64,000 nucleotides of DNA from Lysobacterales bacterium (GCA_041601535.1 JBFIHZ010000001.1:457-64456); one strand, 5' to 3'. Positions 25,893 to 35,613 are shown, counted from the stretch's first letter. Numbers and translations: made by a program. The notes: generated by a model from the sequence alone, not told the origin.

Positions 25893-27147
25893 AAGCCGGA
25901 TAATCCTGTCGTTCCTGTTGTTTGGCACTGTGCTCAGTGCCCTGTTCGCGCTGAGCACACTGTCTTTGCAAAATTATCTTGAAGACCAGTTGATTGGGGC
26001 CACGCTCAAACAGGAGCTGGATGACTACGTCAACCAGTTACGCCTCGACCCCACCGTGGTGGAGCCGTTCTATACCCGCATCCAGGGTTATATCACCCGG
26101 CCGGGTGATCCCAACCAGACGGTCAGCGCCCAGGTGCGCGAGCTGCCTAGCGGGGTGCATGACGTGCGCATCAACAACGGTTACTTCAAGGCGGCGGTGC
26201 GCAAGGAAGATGATTTGTGGGCTTTCCTTATTTACGACGTCAGTGACAACCAGCTGCTGAAAAAGCAGCTGGTATTCGCGCTTGTTGGCGTAGTGCTGTT
26301 GTTCTCGGTGTTTTCGTTTACTTTGGGTGCCTGGTCTTCGCGTCGCGTGATGAAGCCGGTAACCGACCTTGCCAATCGTCTGGACATGCTGAGTGAGGAG
26401 CGCACGCCAGATCGCCTGGCCCATCATTTTGCCGATGATGAAGTGGGTCAGCTGGCAGCGGCGCTGGACAGTTATGCCGACCGCCTGCACGACCTGGTGG
26501 AGCGTGATCGCGAATTCAACGCCGATGTCAGCCATGAACTGCGTTCACCGCTGACCGTGATAACCGGCGCCACCGAGTTGCTGTTGGCGCAGCGCGATCT
26601 GCCGCCCAAGGTGCGCACCCGCATGCTGCGCATAGCGCGCGCGGCCAGGCAGTCCGCCGATATTACCTCGGCGCTGCTGCACCTGGTGCGTGCAGAGCAG
26701 GGCACCGACAAGGATACGGCTGCCCAGAACGTTGGCCAGGTGGTGAACGAAGTGGTTCACCTGTACGAGCCGCTGATTGGCAATAAAGATCTCCGCTTCC
26801 TGGTGCGCGAAGAGGAAAAGGTCAGTGTCATCGCACCGGAGTCCGTGCTGGCCGTGACGGTGGGTAACCTGATAGGCAACGCCATGCGCTACACCGCCAG
26901 TGGTGAAGTGCTGATCACCATTGGCAACGGCAAGGCCGTGGTGGAAGACACCGGCCCCGGAATTCCCGAAGAAGAACTGGAACACGTATTTGACCGTCAT
27001 TATCGCGGCCAGAACATCACCGGCAAGGGCGCGGGATTGGGGCTGGCCATCGTCAAGCGCTTGTGTGAGCTGTATGGCTGGTCGGTGCATTTCAGTAACC
27101 GCGAGACCGGCGGCTTGCGGGCGGAATTGCGATTTTTTGGCAGTTGA
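25870..27147 (+). CDS. Membrane sensor histidine kinase (HAMP-HisKA-HATPase)
   Basis: Two TM segments, H-box DVSHELRSPLTVI, N-box GNAMRYT, G1 VEDTGPGI, G2 GAGLGLAIVKRL. Overlaps the regulator gene by 23 nt. Confidence 0.9.
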   Translation: MQYRHRLRSRIILSFLLFGTVLSALFALSTLSLQNYLEDQLIGATLKQELDDYVNQLRLDPTVVEPFYTRIQGYITRPGDPNQTVSAQVRELPSGVHDVRINNGYFKAAVRKEDDLWAFLIYDVSDNQLLKKQLVFALVGVVLLFSVFSFTLGAWSSRRVMKPVTDLANRLDMLSEERTPDRLAHHFADDEVGQLAAALDSYADRLHDLVERDREFNADVSHELRSPLTVITGATELLLAQRDLPPKVRTRMLRIARAARQSADITSALLHLVRAEQGTDKDTAAQNVGQVVNEVVHLYEPLIGNKDLRFLVREEEKVSVIAPESVLAVTVGNLIGNAMRYTASGEVLITIGNGKAVVEDTGPGIPEEELEHVFDRHYRGQNITGKGAGLGLAIVKRLCELYGWSVHFSNRETGGLRAELRFFGS

Positions 27148-27259
27148 TTCAGTGGCCGGTACTCAATCACCGCGCCTGCTGGAGCATGCCGGGCCGAGTC
27201 TTGCACTGCAGGCCAAGCCCCGCTAACGTGTCACCCCAGACCATAGAAGTGGAACGTGT

Positions 27260-27610
27260 ATGAGCATCATTTCCTGCCCGCAGTGCGGTAAAAAAATTTC
27301 CAGCATGGTGTCCCTCTGCCCGCATTGTGGTTTCGAGCTGGGGGAGGTTTCCGACGATGACCTGCTGGTGTTCCGGCAGCGTCAGGCCCGTGAGAAGGTC
27401 TATCGCCTGAATATGTACAGTTATGTGGTCATTACCATTTTCGTGGCGGCTTTTGGCTGGTATTGGTGGAGCACCAGGGGGTTTCAGCAACCATCCGGCA
27501 GTGGGCCATTCATCCTGATGGGTTTGAGTGCGGTGGCTTACCTCGGAGTGCGGGTTTTCCTGTTCCAGGCCAAGCGCAAACACAAAGAGCTCAAACGTCA
27601 GCTATTGTGA
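27260..27610 (+). CDS. Zinc-ribbon membrane protein (2 TM)
   Basis: CPQCGKK...CPHCGF zinc-ribbon at the N-terminus, then two hydrophobic helices. Confidence 0.6.
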   Translation: MSIISCPQCGKKISSMVSLCPHCGFELGEVSDDDLLVFRQRQAREKVYRLNMYSYVVITIFVAAFGWYWWSTRGFQQPSGSGPFILMGLSAVAYLGVRVFLFQAKRKHKELKRQLL

Positions 27611-27675
27611 GCGGAATGCTGTCTGGGTGCTGCTCTTGCCCGGACCCGGGCAAACCGGTTTAACGAGGTGTAGAA

Positions 27676-28413
27676 ATGTCGCGGCCTAAAGTGGAGTTTT
27701 TTACCGAACACGAGGAGTTGCTTGATTTTCCGCCGATTGCGGCCCGCAAGGCGCTGCCGGAGTGGTTCAGGCAGATGGCGCCCTCCATTGATTTGCCTCC
27801 CAGTAACACACGGTTTCCTTTTGGCTTGTCCAAGGCCTTACGCCTGTCCAATGTCAATGCAACCATCCGGCGTTGCCCGGGGATAATTTCCTACCTGTCA
27901 GAAGGCTATCTGATCCCGCTGTGGACTGATTTCCTGGTCCAGGTAAGGGGCAAGACAGTTTATGCCGTAGGTTCCAATGAACTGGCGCATGCATCGCCGC
28001 ACAGCAAGCAGATGCAATATGACACCATGCCGCTGCCGGATGATTACCTGGCTGATTCGGTGAAATTCACCAATCCCTGGAAAGTGCGCACGCCGCCGGG
28101 GTGGTCGGTGTTGCTGTCGCAGCCGTTCTACCATTTTGAGCAACGCTTTACCGTGGTGCCTGGCGTGGTGGATGCTGATGCCTATCACCACATTCACGTC
28201 AATACCTTTTTCCGCAAAGGCGACCGCGACCACCAGCTGAAAATGGGCATGCCGTTTGTGCATGTGCTGCCGTTCCAGCGCAGTCAGCTGGAACTGGAGG
28301 TACGGGCCATGACCGATGCCGATCGCAAGCGCATGAAGCGGCTGGATTTCAAGGCCAAGCGTTTTTTTGGCAAGAACGCGGCCATCCGCGGGCTGGCTGA
28401 CAGCGAGGATTAG
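27676..28413 (+). CDS. Conserved hypothetical protein (245 aa), family not recognised with confidence
   Basis: Good RBS (GAGGTG) and coding-like composition. Motifs RRCPGIISYLSEGYLIPLWTDF and PGWSVLLSQP...HHIHVNTFF. No assignable function. Confidence 0.6.
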   Translation: MSRPKVEFFTEHEELLDFPPIAARKALPEWFRQMAPSIDLPPSNTRFPFGLSKALRLSNVNATIRRCPGIISYLSEGYLIPLWTDFLVQVRGKTVYAVGSNELAHASPHSKQMQYDTMPLPDDYLADSVKFTNPWKVRTPPGWSVLLSQPFYHFEQRFTVVPGVVDADAYHHIHVNTFFRKGDRDHQLKMGMPFVHVLPFQRSQLELEVRAMTDADRKRMKRLDFKAKRFFGKNAAIRGLADSED

Positions 28414-28423
28414 GCCGGCCGCA

Positions 28424-28447
28424 AGCCCGGCGTGAGGTAGCCGGGCT
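28424..28447. terminator. Hairpin between convergent genes
   Basis: AGCCCGGC (28424-28431) / 8-nt loop / GCCGGGCT (28440-28447). No T-tract. Confidence 0.4.
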
Positions 28448-28474
28448 GATGGTGACTTGCAGCGGGGAATCGCG

Positions 28475-28963
28475 TTACTGGATGCGTTCTACCCGAACCT
28501 TGGAGTTGTAGCCTTCCACCTTCAGTTGCCAGGTGCGGAACGCATGGGGCTCAATGGTAACCAGCGGGTTCTGAATCGCACGGATGTAGAATTTGTCTTT
28601 ATCGGCCTGTTGCCAGATCATGCCGTTTTCCAGCTTGAACGTGGTCTGGCCGTCCCAGCCGGTAAACGAACCCACGATTCGGCTGGTGATGGTGGTGCGG
28701 TCCATGTTTTTCATGTTCTTGACTTCGAAGCCGCGCGTATCACCACCGCCGGCGGCGCCGGGTTTGGCCGCATCCAGCGTGACCAGTGAGCGGCTGCGTA
28801 TCCAGCTATTAAGCGCTTCCAGCTCTTCCGGGGTGAGTTTGTCCAGCCCGGCAGCGCTGTATTCCTTGCCGCTCATTTGCTCTTCCAGGGAAGAAAAGGC
28901 CTGTTGCGCCATGGCGGGCGAGGCGGCTGTCATAATCAAAATCGCAATCAGCAGTTTTTTCAT
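28475..28963 (-). CDS. Small secreted protein of unknown function (163 aa)
   Basis: Signal peptide MKKLLIAILIMTAASPAMAQQ. I prefer ATG 28963; the N-terminal extension to 29248 would overlap the upstream sulfotransferase gene. Confidence 0.6.
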   Translation of the reverse strand: MKKLLIAILIMTAASPAMAQQAFSSLEEQMSGKEYSAAGLDKLTPEELEALNSWIRSRSLVTLDAAKPGAAGGGDTRGFEVKNMKNMDRTTITSRIVGSFTGWDGQTTFKLENGMIWQQADKDKFYIRAIQNPLVTIEPHAFRTWQLKVEGYNSKVRVERIQ

Positions 28964-29058
28964 CGTGTAACCTTCAGGGACAAACCGGCGCAAGTTTATC
29001 ATGATCGTGCAGTAGTTCGATGCATTGTTCCATTTTCTGCAACGCTGCTGCACCACGG

Positions 29059-30699
29059 TCAGGCTGGCGGGTAACCAAAGTGCCTGACCCATGGAGTCAG
29101 AAAAGCCTGCGCGGGTTCCATTTGCTGTTGATAATTTTTCCATCTGCCAATGGCACGGATGTACAACGGCTGGGCAACCTGGTGATAACTGGGTGTGGCG
29201 ATATGCTGCTGCAGATGCTGGCGATAGTTCATCACGCCTTGATCCCAATCCAGCCCGAGAAACCGTATCAATGGCCGCATCTGACCCGCAAAATCGTCCA
29301 CCAGTTGTTCGTACCGGATGGTATGCCGCGGGTTGGAAATAATGTCCAGTGACGACGTGGCTAGGCGCATCAGCTGGTCGTAATACCTCACGGTATCCAT
29401 CAAGTCCAGGAAATAAGGCATGGCACCGGTCAGTTCAAAGGTCTGAAAGAAACAGGACAGGCAGGCGTCACGCGGATCGCGCAGGGCCACGATGATGTGT
29501 GCTGCCGGAAAAAGCCGGTGAATCAGCGCCAGGTAAGCGATATTCAGTGGCAGCTTGTCCACCACGATGCGGCGTTGCGGGTGCTGGCGATGGCTGTTCA
29601 TCGCGGCCAGGTATTCCTCCCGCGCCGCCCGGAGGTGTTCGGGCTGCAGGTTTGCCAGGCCAGGTGCGCCTTCCTGTTCGAGCCATCGCTGGCGGGCCGG
29701 CGCGAGCAATTCAAGCTCCTCCAGCACTTCAATATCGGGGTGAGCGGCCAGCGCCTGATGCAGCAATGTCGTGCCGGAACGGGGAAATCCCACCAGGAAC
29801 ACCGGTGAACCGGCAGGTTTGCCGGCAGCCTCTTCCCCCGGCTCTCCGCCATGCGCTGACCAGTTGCTTGGCGGATTCTGCCGCAGCCAGTCCGACAGAC
29901 GCCCCAGTGTGCTGATGCCATAGCTGCCGTTATCGTCCGGCTGGCCACAGGGGTGGTGGTTGCGCAGGATCAGGTTGCTCTCGCTAAAACAGGCGAAGGC
30001 TTGTGTATAGGCGCCCTGCTGGTCATGGCTTTGGCCCATCTGGTTCAGGGTAATGCTGCGATTCAAGGCCGAAGGCTGATCACGCAAAACGGCTGTCAAT
30101 CGCTCCTGGGCCTGCGCATGCTGGCCCTGGCGGCGATCCAGTGTGGCCCGGGTCAGGTTGGCCATAAAGTTGTCCGGAGCCAGCTGCAGCGCCTGGTCGG
30201 CCAGCTTGCCAGCTTCTTCCAGCTTGTTGGCGCGTTCCAGCAAGAATGCCAGGTTGGCGGCCGCATCAGCGTGGCGGGGCATCAGCTCCAGAACTCTTTG
30301 ATAATGCCGCATGGCCTGCTCAGGCAGTTGCAGCTGGGTCATGCAGCGGCCCAGCTCATAATGGGCATCTGTATCGAATCCACTGCGTTCCGCCGCTTTC
30401 TGCAAAGGCGGTACGGCTTGTTCAAACTGGCCCTGTTGGCGCAGCAGCCGGCCCAGCCACAGCGCGGCATGATGATTTTCCGGACTCGCTTGCCAGGCCG
30501 TGTGTAAGTCGGCTACGGCCTGATCATGCTGGCCAAGTTGGGCTGCGGCCAGTCCGCGCAAATGGAAAGCCGCAGCCGTGGCGGCGGCAGGCACCCCGCT
30601 GCCACCGAGAACTTTGTCGCACAAGGCCTGACAGCCTGGTGCATCGGACGCGTTAAGCCGCTCGGCGGCCTGCTGTAAATTGGCCTGATAGTCCGCCAC
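29059..30699 (-). CDS. TPR-repeat sulfotransferase
   Basis: N-terminal ~270 aa of TPR-like repeats, then VFLVGFPRSGTTLLHQALAAHPDI (PAPS loop), ALRDPRDACLSCF (RxPxDxxxS) and IRYEQLVDDFAGQMRPLIRFLGL. GTG start. Confidence 0.82.
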   Translation of the reverse strand: MADYQANLQQAAERLNASDAPGCQALCDKVLGGSGVPAAATAAAFHLRGLAAAQLGQHDQAVADLHTAWQASPENHHAALWLGRLLRQQGQFEQAVPPLQKAAERSGFDTDAHYELGRCMTQLQLPEQAMRHYQRVLELMPRHADAAANLAFLLERANKLEEAGKLADQALQLAPDNFMANLTRATLDRRQGQHAQAQERLTAVLRDQPSALNRSITLNQMGQSHDQQGAYTQAFACFSESNLILRNHHPCGQPDDNGSYGISTLGRLSDWLRQNPPSNWSAHGGEPGEEAAGKPAGSPVFLVGFPRSGTTLLHQALAAHPDIEVLEELELLAPARQRWLEQEGAPGLANLQPEHLRAAREEYLAAMNSHRQHPQRRIVVDKLPLNIAYLALIHRLFPAAHIIVALRDPRDACLSCFFQTFELTGAMPYFLDLMDTVRYYDQLMRLATSSLDIISNPRHTIRYEQLVDDFAGQMRPLIRFLGLDWDQGVMNYRQHLQQHIATPSYHQVAQPLYIRAIGRWKNYQQQMEPAQAFLTPWVRHFGYPPA

Positions 30700-30757
30700 C
30701 TGGTTACCTGGTAAACGCAGCGTCCGGACAGCGGCTGTGGTCTGGAGTGTTCAATGG

Positions 30758-31318
30758 CTACCACAGTGTGTAGGTGCTGAGAATGTACTTGGCGTTGCTG
30801 ACCGGCGGCCGTCCGGCGTGACGGTACATCCAGTAGGGAGGAAACATCAGCAAGGAACCAGCAGTAGGCGCAATGCGGGTTTGCAGATCCACAAACTCGG
30901 TTTCGCCACCATCCGCCACATCGTTGAGGTACCACAAGAACACCAGGTAACGATCGGCGACCTCACGAATGGAGTCAAAATGCGGCTGAAAGCGGTCGTT
31001 ACCACCCGGGTCATAACGCTTGATGATAAAAGGCGCCAGGGCTCCGGCTTCAGGCAATGCCGGGCGGATGCCGCAATCGGTTTCATAGCGGGCCTTGTAG
31101 TGGCGCAGACAATTGTTGAGGATGTTGTGGCAATTGAGTGACTGACATTCCGCCAGGTCCATTTCCAGCCAGCTGCTTTCCGCCAGACCGCTGCGGATGC
31201 TGGCGCCATTGCGCTGCTGTTTGGCTGGGTCCGATTCAAACCACGCCACCACCCGGGCACAGAAATCAGACGTCAGGGCATCCTTGTATACACGAATGTA
31301 ATGCCGCAGGTCCGTCAT
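30758..31318 (-). CDS. Fe(II)/2-oxoglutarate-dependent oxygenase, paralog of the 8339-8935 gene
   Basis: RYDPGGNDRFQPHFDS (HxD), WYLNDVADGGETEF, MYRHAGRPPVSNAKYILST. Strong RBS GGAGAGAG. Confidence 0.74.
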   Translation of the reverse strand: MTDLRHYIRVYKDALTSDFCARVVAWFESDPAKQQRNGASIRSGLAESSWLEMDLAECQSLNCHNILNNCLRHYKARYETDCGIRPALPEAGALAPFIIKRYDPGGNDRFQPHFDSIREVADRYLVFLWYLNDVADGGETEFVDLQTRIAPTAGSLLMFPPYWMYRHAGRPPVSNAKYILSTYTLW

Positions 31319-31353
31319 TGGGGCAAACTCTCTCCAAAGGGCAACAGACGGGT

Positions 31354-31359
31354 ATTATA
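31354..31359 (-). promoter_or_regulatory. TATAAT (minus strand), candidate -10 for the oxygenase/TPR-sulfotransferase unit
   Basis: ATTATA on the + strand reads TATAAT on the - strand, 35 nt upstream of ATG 31318. The -35 is poor (GGAACC-like). Confidence 0.3.
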
Positions 31360-31441
31360 GGCCAGCGGAAGCGCTCTGGTTCCGGCGCATCCGGGTGTTG
31401 GCGCACGGTAAAGTCCAGAAGCTGAAACAGAAACAGAAAGC

Positions 31442-32611
31442 TCAGAGGTCCTGCTGGTAACGGACGTAGGGGATGCGGCCGTAAATCGATTCAAACCGGT
31501 CGGCTGTCTCATCTGCCCCCGGGCGGTCATCCACGCCGGCGCCCAACACATTGCTGGCGCCAACACTCAGGTTGGCGTTCCAGGGGGTGCGCCAGGTGAA
31601 GTGCACGTCAAAGGTGCTCATGCTGTTCAGTGAGCCCTGGTTCAGGAAGTTGACCGAATCCCGGTAATATCCACGAATGCCGCTGCTGAATGATCCACGC
31701 TGCCATTCCAGGCCGAGACTTGCGGCATTGAATGGCTCGGCCAGGTTCCAGCTCAGTGGCCCCAGGCTGCTTCCATAGAAGCTGTCATAGTGGGCATCAA
31801 ACACGCGAGTCAGTGCCAGCCCCAAATGCAGATCACCGGCATTATCCGTGGTAATGCCAAGCTGGAAACTCAGGTCGATGCCCGTGGTTTCGCTGTTCAT
31901 CAGCGATGCCGTATTCATTCCAGGCATCAGCAGGTTGGCCGGTAATTGCGTCATCAGGCCGCTATCCAGCAAGGGCGATGGTGCCTGGACATTTGGCTGA
32001 AGAGCGGGCGTAGCGCCAGAGTTGAATTCCGAGGTAAACCAGTTAACCGCCGAAGTAAAACCGCCCAGCTGGAAATCCGCGCCCAGTTGCAAGGTCCGCC
32101 GGTCAAACAAGGGGGCTGACTGGTTAACAAAGCGGCATCCGGAAGCCGTATAGGAATCAGGTCCCAGGGTGCCATTCATGCACTGGATGCTGCCCAGTGA
32201 CTGGAACGGCGCCTGGCTGGTGACGTGCTGCACGCCGCCAGTGATGTTCAGCTGCGGACTCAGCGGCACGTTCAGACTGGCACCCAGGCCCAGCATGCTG
32301 GTACCCGACGCGCTGGATTGCAGGTGGCTGCCTGGCTCCAGTATCAACGGGTGGGACAGCTGTAACTGCAGCTTGCGGGTTTCACTGCCACCCAGGTCAA
32401 ATTCGAATGCGCTGCTTGCCGGATCGAGCACCATCGGCGTGCCCGGGTGAGGCATGCGCGCCTGGTTCGGGTTGGCGTGGGCCGCTTTGAGTAAATGAGA
32501 GCGGCTGGATCTTGAATCGTCCGCCACCGCCGGCACAGAAACGAGGCAAAACAGTGCCGTGGCCACACAGGCCATTCTCACTGGTTTAAACTGTCTGCTG
32601 CTGCGCCGCAT
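31442..32611 (-). CDS. Putative outer-membrane beta-barrel protein (unknown family)
   Basis: Signal peptide ...ATALFCLVSVPAVADD. Gly/Ser/Asn/aromatic-rich alternating pattern throughout. No family motif recognised. Confidence 0.5.
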   Translation of the reverse strand: MRRSSRQFKPVRMACVATALFCLVSVPAVADDSRSSRSHLLKAAHANPNQARMPHPGTPMVLDPASSAFEFDLGGSETRKLQLQLSHPLILEPGSHLQSSASGTSMLGLGASLNVPLSPQLNITGGVQHVTSQAPFQSLGSIQCMNGTLGPDSYTASGCRFVNQSAPLFDRRTLQLGADFQLGGFTSAVNWFTSEFNSGATPALQPNVQAPSPLLDSGLMTQLPANLLMPGMNTASLMNSETTGIDLSFQLGITTDNAGDLHLGLALTRVFDAHYDSFYGSSLGPLSWNLAEPFNAASLGLEWQRGSFSSGIRGYYRDSVNFLNQGSLNSMSTFDVHFTWRTPWNANLSVGASNVLGAGVDDRPGADETADRFESIYGRIPYVRYQQDL

Positions 32612-32717
32612 TGCCGGTTTTGCCTTTATTCCGCCGAGTGAACAGGTAGTTCCTGAGTCTTGGAAAGCGGAGTTGCTTAAAAGTTTAACTCAATCATAGC
32701 AAAAAACGTGCAAAATC

Positions 32718-32733
32718 ACGTAATAAATTACGT
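32718..32733. promoter_or_regulatory. Inverted repeat ACGTAAT-AA-ATTACGT
   Basis: Perfect 7-bp arms with a 2-nt spacer in an AT-rich divergent intergenic region, 70 nt upstream of ATG 32803. Confidence 0.3.
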
Positions 32734-32802
32734 CAGACGGGCGTTTGGGGGCGTTGAACGGACCCATTTCCCGCCCCAACCCAAACAGTGGAACCGAAAA
32801 TT

Positions 32803-33354
32803 ATGGTTTTAACGCATACCCCGACCCTGCAGAGCGGCTTTATGGCGCCGGATTTCAGCCTGCCTGGCACCGATGGAAAACACTGGAGCCGGCAGCAATG
32901 CCAGGGCGAAAAAGGCCTGTTGGTGATGTTCATTTCCAATCATTGCCCCTATGTGCAGGCTATTAATCACAAGCTGGTCAGGGATGCCGGCGAGCTGATG
33001 GATCTGGGCATCGGCTGCGTTGCCATCATGCCGAATGACGTTGCATCCTATCCGGCCGATTCGCTGGATAACATGCGTCGGGTCAAAGCGGAGCACTCCT
33101 ACCCTTTTCCCTACCTGATCGATGAAACGCAGGAAGTGGCACAGGCTTATGGTGCGGTGTGTACGCCAGACTTTTTCGGCTTCAACAGCAAGCTGGAGTT
33201 ACAGTACCGCGGCCGCCTGGATGCCAGCGGCAACAAGACTGACCAGGGTCAGGCGCCACGCGAGTTGTACCAGGCCATGAAACAGGTTGCCGCAACCGGC
33301 CGCGGTCCGGAACAACAGTTTTCATCCATGGGGTGCTCGATCAAGTGGCGTTGA
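32803..33354 (+). CDS. Thioredoxin-fold (AhpC/TSA-like) protein
   Basis: APDFSLPGTDGKHWS...LLVMFISNHCPYV...CTPDFFGF. Confidence 0.8.
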   Translation: MVLTHTPTLQSGFMAPDFSLPGTDGKHWSRQQCQGEKGLLVMFISNHCPYVQAINHKLVRDAGELMDLGIGCVAIMPNDVASYPADSLDNMRRVKAEHSYPFPYLIDETQEVAQAYGAVCTPDFFGFNSKLELQYRGRLDASGNKTDQGQAPRELYQAMKQVAATGRGPEQQFSSMGCSIKWR

Positions 33355-33467
33355 TTTACCGCCGCCCACCACCCCGAATCACACAAGCGGCTGTGACTGG
33401 GTTAGTATTAACGCCGTTTTTTCAGTGCAGCTTCGCACACGATACAGAACTGTAGGCGGGAGAAACC

Positions 33468-33902
33468 ATGAACCAATTACTTCTGGTAGGAATTGACTGC
33501 AGTAATTGCAGTCAGCGCGCCATTGACTATGCAGCGGCCTGGGCAGAGTCTACCGGGGCCAGGTTGGCCGTCGTGCACGTCATCGAGTGGTCACCGTACT
33601 CTTTCAGTACTGCGATGGAAAATGAAGTGCGCCACAAGCGCAGGGAAGAGGAGCTGACGCGCGCGCACAAGGAGATTGTTGATCCGGTGGTTGAATCGCT
33701 GCGCGCCCGCGGCATTGAAGTCGAGGGGATTATCCGCCATGGCCACCCGGCCGAGACCATCAACCAGCTGGCCATCGATATGGATGCTGCCAATATCGTG
33801 GTAGGGCGCAAGGGGACGTCGCGCCTGAAGTCACATCTGTTTGGCAGCGTACCCAGCATGTTGGTGCAAATAGCGGAAACGCCGGTAACAGTGGTTCCAT
33901 AA
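33468..33902 (+). CDS. Universal stress protein (UspA family)
   Basis: LLVGIDCS...A, LAVVHVIE and the C-terminal ATP-binding motif [23 protein letters not shown]. Confidence 0.85.
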   Translation: MNQLLLVGIDCSNCSQRAIDYAAAWAESTGARLAVVHVIEWSPYSFSTAMENEVRHKRREEELTRAHKEIVDPVVESLRARGIEVEGIIRHGHPAETINQLAIDMDAANIVVGRKGTSRLKSHLFGSVPSMLVQIAETPVTVVP

Positions 33903-33924
33903 GCAGCTTCGTCCGGAGAAATTC

Positions 33925-35460
33925 ATGTTAAAAATCAAAAACCTGATTTTGTTGTTACTGGTGCTGCCGGTTTCAGTATTTGCCCAGGAGGGCATAGACA
34001 GCCAGATTGACAACGCGGTACGACCCTTTGCCAACGCGGTGTCCGGTTTCATTTTTTCTTCTTTTCCTGTTGCTGGTGTACAGATACCGTTTGTGCTGGT
34101 GTGGCTGATCGTTGCAGCTACGTTTTTTACGTTTTATTTCCGCTTTATCAACTTGCGGGCCATGGGCCACGGCTTTGCGCTGGTCCGGGGTGATTACAGC
34201 GATCCGACAGCGGCGGGTGAGGTTACGCATTTCCAGGCATTGGCCACGGCTCTGTCCGGCACGGTCGGGCTGGGGAATATCGCAGGGGTAGCGGTTGCTG
34301 TATCGCTGGGCGGCCCGGGCGCCACCTTCTGGATGATTGTTGCCGGCTTCCTCGGCATGTCATCAAAGTTCGTGGAATGCACGCTGGGCGTGAAATACCG
34401 CAATGAATATACCGATGGCTCGGTATCCGGCGGACCGATGTATTACCTGTCCAAGGGGCTGGCGGAACGCAGCGACAAGCTCAAGACCCTGGGCAAGATA
34501 CTGGCCGTGATGTTCGCCATTTTCTGCATTGGCGGTTCATTTGGCGGTGGCAACATGTTTCAGGCCAATCAAAGCTTCAAGCAGGTGCTGTCCGTCACGG
34601 GCGGAGACGCCAGCTGGCTGGCTGACAAGGGCTGGCTGTTTGGCGTGGTGGTGGCCACCCTGGTGGGGCTGGTCATTATCGGTGGAATCCAGGGCATTGC
34701 ACGGGTGACTTCAAAAATCGTGCCCTTTATGGCGATTATTTATGTATCGGCAGGGCTGCTGATTATTTTTATGAATATTACCGCAGTGCCTGCGGCTTTC
34801 GTGGCCATTTTCAACGGCGCATTCAGCCCGGAGGGAATGGCCGGCGGTGTGGTTGGCGTGCTGTTCCAGGGCTTCAAGCGGGCGGCGTTTTCCAATGAAG
34901 CCGGCATCGGTTCGGCGGCCATTGCCCATTCGGCGGTCAAGACCAACCGGCCCATTACCGAAGGCTTTGTTGCCTTGTACGAACCGTTTGTCGATACCAT
35001 CGTGGTCTGCACCATCACCGCACTGGTCATCATCATCACCGGCACCTGGGACCCGAACGTTGATCCCAGCCAGGGCGTTTCGCTTACCTCCCAGGCCTTT
35101 GAGTCTGCCATTTCCTGGTTCCCATGGGTGCTGACCGTCGCGGTGGTGTTATTTGCTTTCTCAACCATGATTTCCTGGTCTTATTACGGGCTCAAGGCCT
35201 GGACCTACCTGTTTGGCGATTCGCTGATCACCGATATTGTGTACAAGGTTCTGTTCCTGTTCTTCGTGGTTGTTGGTGCTTCAATGCAGCTCGGTTCAGT
35301 GATCGATTTTTCGGATGCGATGATATTTGCCATGGCATTTCCCAACATCATTGGCATTTACTTCCTGGTACCGGTAGTGCGTAAAGAGCTGGATGAGTAC
35401 TGGGCTGATTTCAAAGCCGGACGGCTGCAAAAGTTCGGACGAGCGGCACGCCGCGGCTGA
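33925..35460 (+). CDS. Alanine/glycine:cation symporter (AGCS family)
   Basis: Polytopic. Motifs [35 protein letters not shown] and [17 protein letters not shown]. Confidence 0.9.
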   Translation: MLKIKNLILLLLVLPVSVFAQEGIDSQIDNAVRPFANAVSGFIFSSFPVAGVQIPFVLVWLIVAATFFTFYFRFINLRAMGHGFALVRGDYSDPTAAGEVTHFQALATALSGTVGLGNIAGVAVAVSLGGPGATFWMIVAGFLGMSSKFVECTLGVKYRNEYTDGSVSGGPMYYLSKGLAERSDKLKTLGKILAVMFAIFCIGGSFGGGNMFQANQSFKQVLSVTGGDASWLADKGWLFGVVVATLVGLVIIGGIQGIARVTSKIVPFMAIIYVSAGLLIIFMNITAVPAAFVAIFNGAFSPEGMAGGVVGVLFQGFKRAAFSNEAGIGSAAIAHSAVKTNRPITEGFVALYEPFVDTIVVCTITALVIIITGTWDPNVDPSQGVSLTSQAFESAISWFPWVLTVAVVLFAFSTMISWSYYGLKAWTYLFGDSLITDIVYKVLFLFFVVVGASMQLGSVIDFSDAMIFAMAFPNIIGIYFLVPVVRKELDEYWADFKAGRLQKFGRAARRG

Positions 35461-35483
35461 AATCGGGATTTGTACGTAAATTC

Positions 35484-35499
35484 GGGCGCAATTGCGCCC
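35484..35499. other. Perfect 16-nt palindrome GGGCGCAATTGCGCCC
   Basis: Read directly, 24 nt after the symporter stop. Confidence 0.5.
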
Positions 35500-35549
35500 T
35501 TAAGCCTTGCCCCGGTAGCTGCCTATCGGCGAAAATCAGAGGTTGATTC

Positions 35550-35584
35550 TGCCCGCCGTTGAACGCGGCGGGCAATTTTTCTTT
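35550..35584 (+). terminator. Rho-independent terminator-like hairpin with T-tract, 30 nt upstream of tkt
   Basis: TGCCCGCCG (35550-35558) / 7-nt loop / CGGCGGGCA (35566-35574), followed by ATTTTTCTTT. Confidence 0.6.
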
Positions 35585-35613
35585 CCGGCCACGTAAACAA
35601 TCAGGAATTCGTA

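Noticed and set aside
31319-31441. ECF-type promoter (GGAACC 31378-31383, minus strand) upstream of the second oxygenase gene
   Set aside because: The GGAAC-like element is paired with a sigma-70-type TATAAT rather than an ECF -10 (CGTC-like). The combination fits neither class well, so I keep it only as a low-confidence -10 call.
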